In this document: positions 59,106 through 64,000 of the stretch, one piece after another
Layout: each line of letters opens with the position of its first letter
Numbering within the stretch: the first letter of the stretch is position 1
From: Nitrospirota bacterium
Lineage (GTDB): Bacteria > Nitrospirota > UBA9217
Direction of reading: 5' to 3'
Assembly: GCA_963737155.1 (NCBI GenBank)
Contig: CAVTRN010000002.1
Span: forward strand, 2,752,001-2,816,000
DNA length: 64,000 nt
The notes under the pieces: generated by a model
The model's database searches: none
Told to the model about the DNA's origin: nothing
Seen by the model: the letters and a program-made list of their open reading frames with translations, nothing else
Translations under genes and position numbers: made by a program

Positions 59106-59650
59106 AGTAGATACCCACGGGCTTACGCCCGCGGTACTTTTTAAAAACCTAACCTCAATTACCCATTATCAACCTCTTCTTGAAATTTAGCATATCGCCT
59201 GATTATCTCTTCTTTAATCCAACCATAGGTGAAAAGAACCGGGGCGACCAGACTTCATCTCGCCAATATGTTTTCTTGATCCAGGCAAACTTTTTTCTTG
59301 CCGCTCTAATCGAGTTCGCTTTTACTTTTCCCACGATCGTCGATCCCGATAACCTCGCTGGTGTCACGATTACCAAATGCGCACGATCTTCCTGAATACT
59401 ATTCCGTTCGATGTCTATGCCAAGATGATACGTTTCATATCCTGCAGCTACTTTTCTACAAATTATTCCCACTCTTCATTCTTTTTTCGTTTCCGATACT
59501 TGGGTATCTATCATGCGTAGTACCAGAGATGATTTGCACCATAGGCACTTAGTCGAATTTCCATACAGCCATTGTATCATTAAAAACATTACCAGGCTAT
59601 GCATGGTACACTTTCATCCACGGGATTATATCCGTGATCTTCAGAGCGTT
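59106..59650 (-). mobile_element. Degenerate IS200-type element (tnpA pseudogene), copy B
   Basis: PKYRKR, QEDRAHLVIV (degenerate HUH), VGKVKANS, WSPRFF; same terminal hairpins as copy A. Confidence 0.82.
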
Positions 59651-59670
59651 TTTTAATGAATGTGCTGGAA

Positions 59671-60351
59671 CTAATCAGGAATGTTGTTACGAATGCTGTT
59701 AAGATACCGCAGGGTCCTCGAAACTGACGCATCACCGGAGCGCTGCTGCCCCAACAGTGTAATAAGATCTTCTTTTCTGTCCACATCAGTGCATTCAGGA
59801 AGGACATAGACTGAACGCAGCGCCTGGTGCAGCCTCCTGCTGGTTTCAACAAAGACCCCAGCTGTGCTCCAAGGCATGTGATGAAAAATATATGTGCAAA
59901 GTGTGTCCTTTTTGAAACCGATCAAGTAATATCCACCATCGCTGGCAGGGCCGATGACTGAGTCATGGGTAGCTAATGCTTCAAGGGCCTCGGCGATGAT
60001 TGCCGAAGTTATACCAGGGACATCGCTCCCGATGAGTACTGCCGCATCAATCCCTTTTGCAAAAACGTGAGAAAAAGCCTGCTCCATCTTTTCCCCGAGA
60101 TCGTTCCCGAGCTGCGGCATATAGGAATAATCATGGCCCAACCACTTTCGCATCCGATCGCCCGCTCCGGCTGGATCAAAGCAGATATGGAAGGAGTAAT
60201 GTCCGCTGTTCACCATATCGATTGTATCCAGGACCATGCATTCATATAAGCGCAGGACCACGTTCCCGTCCAATCGGTTTGCAAGGCGGGATTTGACCTT
60301 TCCCTTCTCCGGAAGCTTGACGAACAGAATAACGCAGCGTGTGTCGGACAT
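59671..60351 (-). CDS. DUF2064 / TIGR04282-family glycosyltransferase-like protein
   Basis: FVKLPEKGKVKSRLA, QLGNDLGEKM, IGSDVP, GPASDGGYYLIG, DVD. Confidence 0.88.
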   Translation of the reverse strand: MSDTRCVILFVKLPEKGKVKSRLANRLDGNVVLRLYECMVLDTIDMVNSGHYSFHICFDPAGAGDRMRKWLGHDYSYMPQLGNDLGEKMEQAFSHVFAKGIDAAVLIGSDVPGITSAIIAEALEALATHDSVIGPASDGGYYLIGFKKDTLCTYIFHHMPWSTAGVFVETSRRLHQALRSVYVLPECTDVDRKEDLITLLGQQRSGDASVSRTLRYLNSIRNNIPD

Positions 60352-60356
60352 GGGGC

Positions 60357-61040
60357 TATCGAAAAACCTCGATATTTTCTATAATGGATACAGGACTCTC
60401 CTCGCTGTTGCCCGCATCGCTCGTGATCGCGATTCAAGCATGCGCGGAGAGAATTCTAAAGGCCTTCTTGTAATCAGCCACGATGTCAATCTCTTCGTCC
60501 CGCCAGACACCGACGTTTTTCGCGCTTTTCTCCAGAAAAATCATCTTCGACCAGTCGATGTAATGACTGGCCACAATCGATTAAGTGTTCCTTGTTCTCC
60601 CAAACATAATTGAATCTGGCCTGCAAGGATACTCTCCGAACAGCTTTTTTGCAAGCCCATATTACAGCCTTTCCAGAGCCTCCGCCTGCGCGGGATCACA
60701 TTCGAACATGATATACACACACATCGGGTAATCGTCGCTGGCTTTATTTCCTATCCCGTCTTTGTACATACATTGACCACTTTCCAACACCAGTTGACTT
60801 TGGGGTAGTCATAGACGTCAAAAGCAGCTTATACATAATTGCAGATGCCAATACGCTGTGTTCCCCTTTCAGAACGAAACGTTCGCCGTCTTTAAGTGAA
60901 TAGATCGAATACTTCTTGTTTTTGAAAATAAAAAACGGTTGCCAGTTGTTTATGCCGGAAAACTCTTCATAAAACAGAACCGGCGTATCCGATGCGCGGC
61001 TTGCCAACGATAGCATCAGAGCGAACAGGAATAAGCTCAA
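60357..61040 (-). pseudogene. DUF3047-domain protein pseudogene
   Basis: Fragments SAIMYK..FDVYDYPKVNWCWKV, DDYPMCVYIMF, KKLFGEYP across frameshifts and stops. Confidence 0.7.
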
Positions 61041-61126
61041 TCAGATTTCATCAAAAAAGGAAAAACATTCGTCCTTATGCAGTGCTCATCAGGAGAGTCA
61101 TTGCCGTTGAAAACCCGGTTTTGCTC

Positions 61127-61945
61127 TTAATGGTACTCTTCGTGATCGTCGCCGAACACATAGTGGATAATTTCCCATGCGGTTTCCTCGATAGACTTGT
61201 TTGTGGTGTCAACAGCCCCCCAGCCTTGGTGGCGTCTAACAAGGTCCCGCACATACTCGACTTCGGTAAATATTTTTTTAAAATCACTATAACTCGCTTT
61301 GAGACCAGATTGTTTTTGGCGAACCCTCCTCACCTTTTGGAGGACTTCCGGGTCTATATTAAGACAGACGATCTTGTGCTGATCAATCTGAAACAGCTCT
61401 TCCGGCAGAGGGATGTCCGGCACGATCGGCACATTTGCAACCTTGTAGCCTTCCTGGGCCAGGAAAAAAGAGGTTGGAGTCTTGGAGGTGCGCGAGAGTC
61501 CGAGAATGACAATGTCGGCTTCATGTAAACGTTCAGCCCCCCTCCCATCGTCATGGTTGAGGGTATATTCGATCGCATCGATGCGCTTGAAATACCGTTC
61601 ATCGACTTTTCTAAGTAGAGTTGGGGTTTCAAGCGGCTCGAGTTTCAAATAGGCCGAGAGATTGTTGATGAGCGGTCCCAGGATATCGAGATGAAAAAGG
61701 TTGTGCATCCGGCAGTAATCTGTGGCGTGGAGTCGCATCTCCTTTTTTACAAAAGTAAATGCAATGAGAGCCTTGTCTGTCCTTGCCTGCTCAAGGACTC
61801 TCTTAAGGGCGGATTTTGTATCGATGTCGTGGAAAAGCAGTATTCTGGTGCGGGCGTGTTCGAATTGGACCAGGGCTGCCCTGAGAATGTGTAAGCCGCT
61901 CTGGCCTGTAGCATCGGAAATAATATAGATTTTTTTCGCTGCCAT
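61127..61945 (-). CDS. Pyruvate, water/phosphate dikinase regulatory protein (DUF299)
   Basis: IISDATG, YFKRIDAIEY..HDDG, GLSRTSKTP, TTNKSIEETA. Confidence 0.92.
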   Translation of the reverse strand: MAAKKIYIISDATGQSGLHILRAALVQFEHARTRILLFHDIDTKSALKRVLEQARTDKALIAFTFVKKEMRLHATDYCRMHNLFHLDILGPLINNLSAYLKLEPLETPTLLRKVDERYFKRIDAIEYTLNHDDGRGAERLHEADIVILGLSRTSKTPTSFFLAQEGYKVANVPIVPDIPLPEELFQIDQHKIVCLNIDPEVLQKVRRVRQKQSGLKASYSDFKKIFTEVEYVRDLVRRHQGWGAVDTTNKSIEETAWEIIHYVFGDDHEEYH

Positions 61946-62079
61946 TTTTCCCTACATTATGAACATTAGCCTGTCGAGCCTCGTCCATCGATAACAGCTG
62001 CGTCTGAGGATGCAGAGAACAAGGGAAACAACCATCAGCTTTAATTTCTTAAGCTCCCCGGAATGACATCCCCTAGCCC

Positions 62080-63846
62080 CTAGTACGCGAAATAGGGTCC
62101 TGTCCCCAGGCTGGATGCCTGGCCTTCAATCCCCGCATAAACGAATCTTCCAAAAAAGAATGGCAGCCCCCAGTCGAACATGTTCGGCAATTCCGCGCCA
62201 ATGTCACTAAACACATTATAATCGGAACTGGTTAAGGTGTTAAAGTTTCCTATCTGGAACGGGACCGTAGCGCTGGTGTATTCCGAAGCGCCGCTATTAA
62301 CTGCAGAAAAGTTCGTAACGATCAACGGGCAGAACCAGCCCCCCGAATTTGATGAACTGCATAAGGGAAGTATGCTGGCCGAAGATGGCGGGAAAAACAA
62401 CCCGTTCGAGCCACTGTCGATGATGCTGGTGTAGATCGAGCCGGGGACGGGAAATTCTGTGCTTATTTCTCCGACATCGTCGGTTTCATACGCCTCAACG
62501 CCCGATGGCGCGTTGTTTGACTGGGTGCCGATTCCAAGGACGAGATTGCCATTTGCTGAAGACATCCCTTCTTGAGGTACGCTCGGAAGCTCCACAATTA
62601 CGCCGTTGTTGTCCGTGGGGAGGCTAGTAACGGGATTCTGGACCTGATCAGTAAGCGCTACCGCGGCCCCTATACAGTTCGAGCTACTATTCGAACCGCT
62701 ACAGGAATAGTAGTTCTCATTATCAACAATACTTTGGCATCCCGGACCGCAGTCCTCGTTGAAAACGCCAACACCCAGAATACCGGTGAAGCCGGCTTCA
62801 CTGGGTAATGTATCCGGCGTATCACAGGCGTTTGGAACAGTACCAAATGCGGAATCGATTACCTGGATCGGAACCCGGACAGCGGGCTCATTCCCCAAGA
62901 TAACATCGGCCAATTGAACAGGCCCCCAGACCGATGAGCCATCGCCAAACGATGCGCACTCAGCAAGCAATCCTCCATTGCTAGCGAGAACCTGCGTCAG
63001 AGAAATGGTCAGCGCTTGACTGAAAATTCTCAGGCCGTAGCTTCCTGTATCTAGGAGAATATCATTGATTGTATTACAAGCTGTGGTCGAACCGGGAGTG
63101 CACACAGTCACGCTGACGCAAGGCTTGTTGATATAAGACGATGAAGTAGCCGGAGAACAGAGCGAGCCATTCACCGTGATGGATAGCACATTATCAACGG
63201 TCGTCGCATTCCCGCCGCTCACTGTCAGTGTCACCGAGCCTGAGATGGATCCAGACCTTGCAACAATCAACGTTGTACCCGATGCCAGTGACGTGACCAA
63301 CCCATTGGATCCCGTTGCATTGCTAACCACGGCGATTTCAGGGGTCGAAGAGGTCCAAGTGACCGATGTAGTCAGGTTCGTTGTCGTATTGTTCGTAAAT
63401 ATACCTGTGGCGGTAAACTGTTCAGTCGTCCCTACGGGAATACTTGAAAGTGTAGGCTCCACCGCGATTGATACCAATGCCGCCTGGGTCACTGTCAGCG
63501 TCGTGGATTGCGAAAAGCCCCCATAGGAGGCCGCAATCGTTGTGGTACCTATCGCAACGGATGTGACTACCCCTGTTGAACTGTCGATTGTTGCCACACC
63601 GGGATTGGAGGAATTCCACGTAGCCGCTGTTGTTATGATTTTTTGCGGGCCATCCGAATAATTCCCCGTAACGTAACATTGTTCCGACATCCCTTCAGAA
63701 AGGGTCGGATTAACCGGCGAGAGGGTAATAGATACAAGTGTCGATGTCCCACTGGATACTACCCCCCCGGTGGAGATTCCTCCTCCTCCACAACCGGCCG
63801 TTATAACAAGAACAGACAGAAGTACCAGTACGCTACTTGATTTCAT
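62080..63846 (-). CDS. Lipoprotein with two Ig-like (Big_2) domains and DUF3443
   Basis: TAGC lipobox, WNSSNPGVATI repeats, ILLDTGSYGLR, FDWGLPFFFGR. Confidence 0.85.
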   Translation of the reverse strand: MKSSSVLVLLSVLVITAGCGGGGISTGGVVSSGTSTLVSITLSPVNPTLSEGMSEQCYVTGNYSDGPQKIITTAATWNSSNPGVATIDSSTGVVTSVAIGTTTIAASYGGFSQSTTLTVTQAALVSIAVEPTLSSIPVGTTEQFTATGIFTNNTTTNLTTSVTWTSSTPEIAVVSNATGSNGLVTSLASGTTLIVARSGSISGSVTLTVSGGNATTVDNVLSITVNGSLCSPATSSSYINKPCVSVTVCTPGSTTACNTINDILLDTGSYGLRIFSQALTISLTQVLASNGGLLAECASFGDGSSVWGPVQLADVILGNEPAVRVPIQVIDSAFGTVPNACDTPDTLPSEAGFTGILGVGVFNEDCGPGCQSIVDNENYYSCSGSNSSSNCIGAAVALTDQVQNPVTSLPTDNNGVIVELPSVPQEGMSSANGNLVLGIGTQSNNAPSGVEAYETDDVGEISTEFPVPGSIYTSIIDSGSNGLFFPPSSASILPLCSSSNSGGWFCPLIVTNFSAVNSGASEYTSATVPFQIGNFNTLTSSDYNVFSDIGAELPNMFDWGLPFFFGRFVYAGIEGQASSLGTGPYFAY

Positions 63847-64000
63847 TAACACTTACTCCTTGCGGAATTAGAGCCGGAGCATAAGCACGGCCCTGTAGAT
63901 TCCTCATGTGCCCCCATTTCTCAACAACAACCCGGTCCGTTTTGATCTGGCGAAACCGGTGCCCGGGCGTGCGTGGAGACTGTTGAAGCGCTGTCCGGTA
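63833..64000 (-). CDS. DUF2844-family protein, 3' end (partial)
   Basis: VVVEKWGHMRNLQGRAYAPALIPQGVSVNEIK*; overlaps the DUF3443 start. Confidence 0.8.
   Translation of the reverse strand, partial: YRTALQQSPRTPGHRFRQIKTDRVVVEKWGHMRNLQGRAYAPALIPQGVSVNEIK

Overview
A 64-kb chromosomal segment (roughly 50% GC by eye) of a Gram-negative, probably anaerobic bacterium. Gene content suggests Nitrospirota or Desulfobacterota (inference). The left part is housekeeping: ispG-rseP-dxr-cdsA-uppS, a GH57 glucanotransferase, an ABC exporter, an NtrX-like regulator, a cysteine desulfurase, cysK, 2-oxoacid:ferredoxin oxidoreductase delta/alpha and recN. The middle holds a hybrid kinase with a duplicated Cys-rich GAF, a sigma54 activator, a consensus -24/-12 promoter and an RpoS-like sigma factor, followed by pepN and an intact IS607 (TnpA + 562-aa TnpB) that splits a NifX-like pseudogene. 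Next comes a tight five-gene operon: nine-heme cytochrome c, cytochrome b (together a split CbcL-like pair), UbiE/MenG, a hypothetical protein and a B12-binding radical SAM enzyme. This operon is my best candidate for an undescribed system (quinone modification coupled to a quinol oxidoreductase). The right part has ogg, an NtrY-like kinase, ald, a HesB selenoprotein missed by the ORF track, arsC, apbE, copZ, nth and a DUF2844/DUF3443 pair. Mobile relics are scattered throughout: an ORF-less group II intron, TnpB-type right ends, a second IS607 carrying a nested MITE, two IS200 copies flanking nth and an IS1182 fragment. I found no rRNA, tRNA or CRISPR array. All family assignments come from motif recognition by eye; no searches were run.
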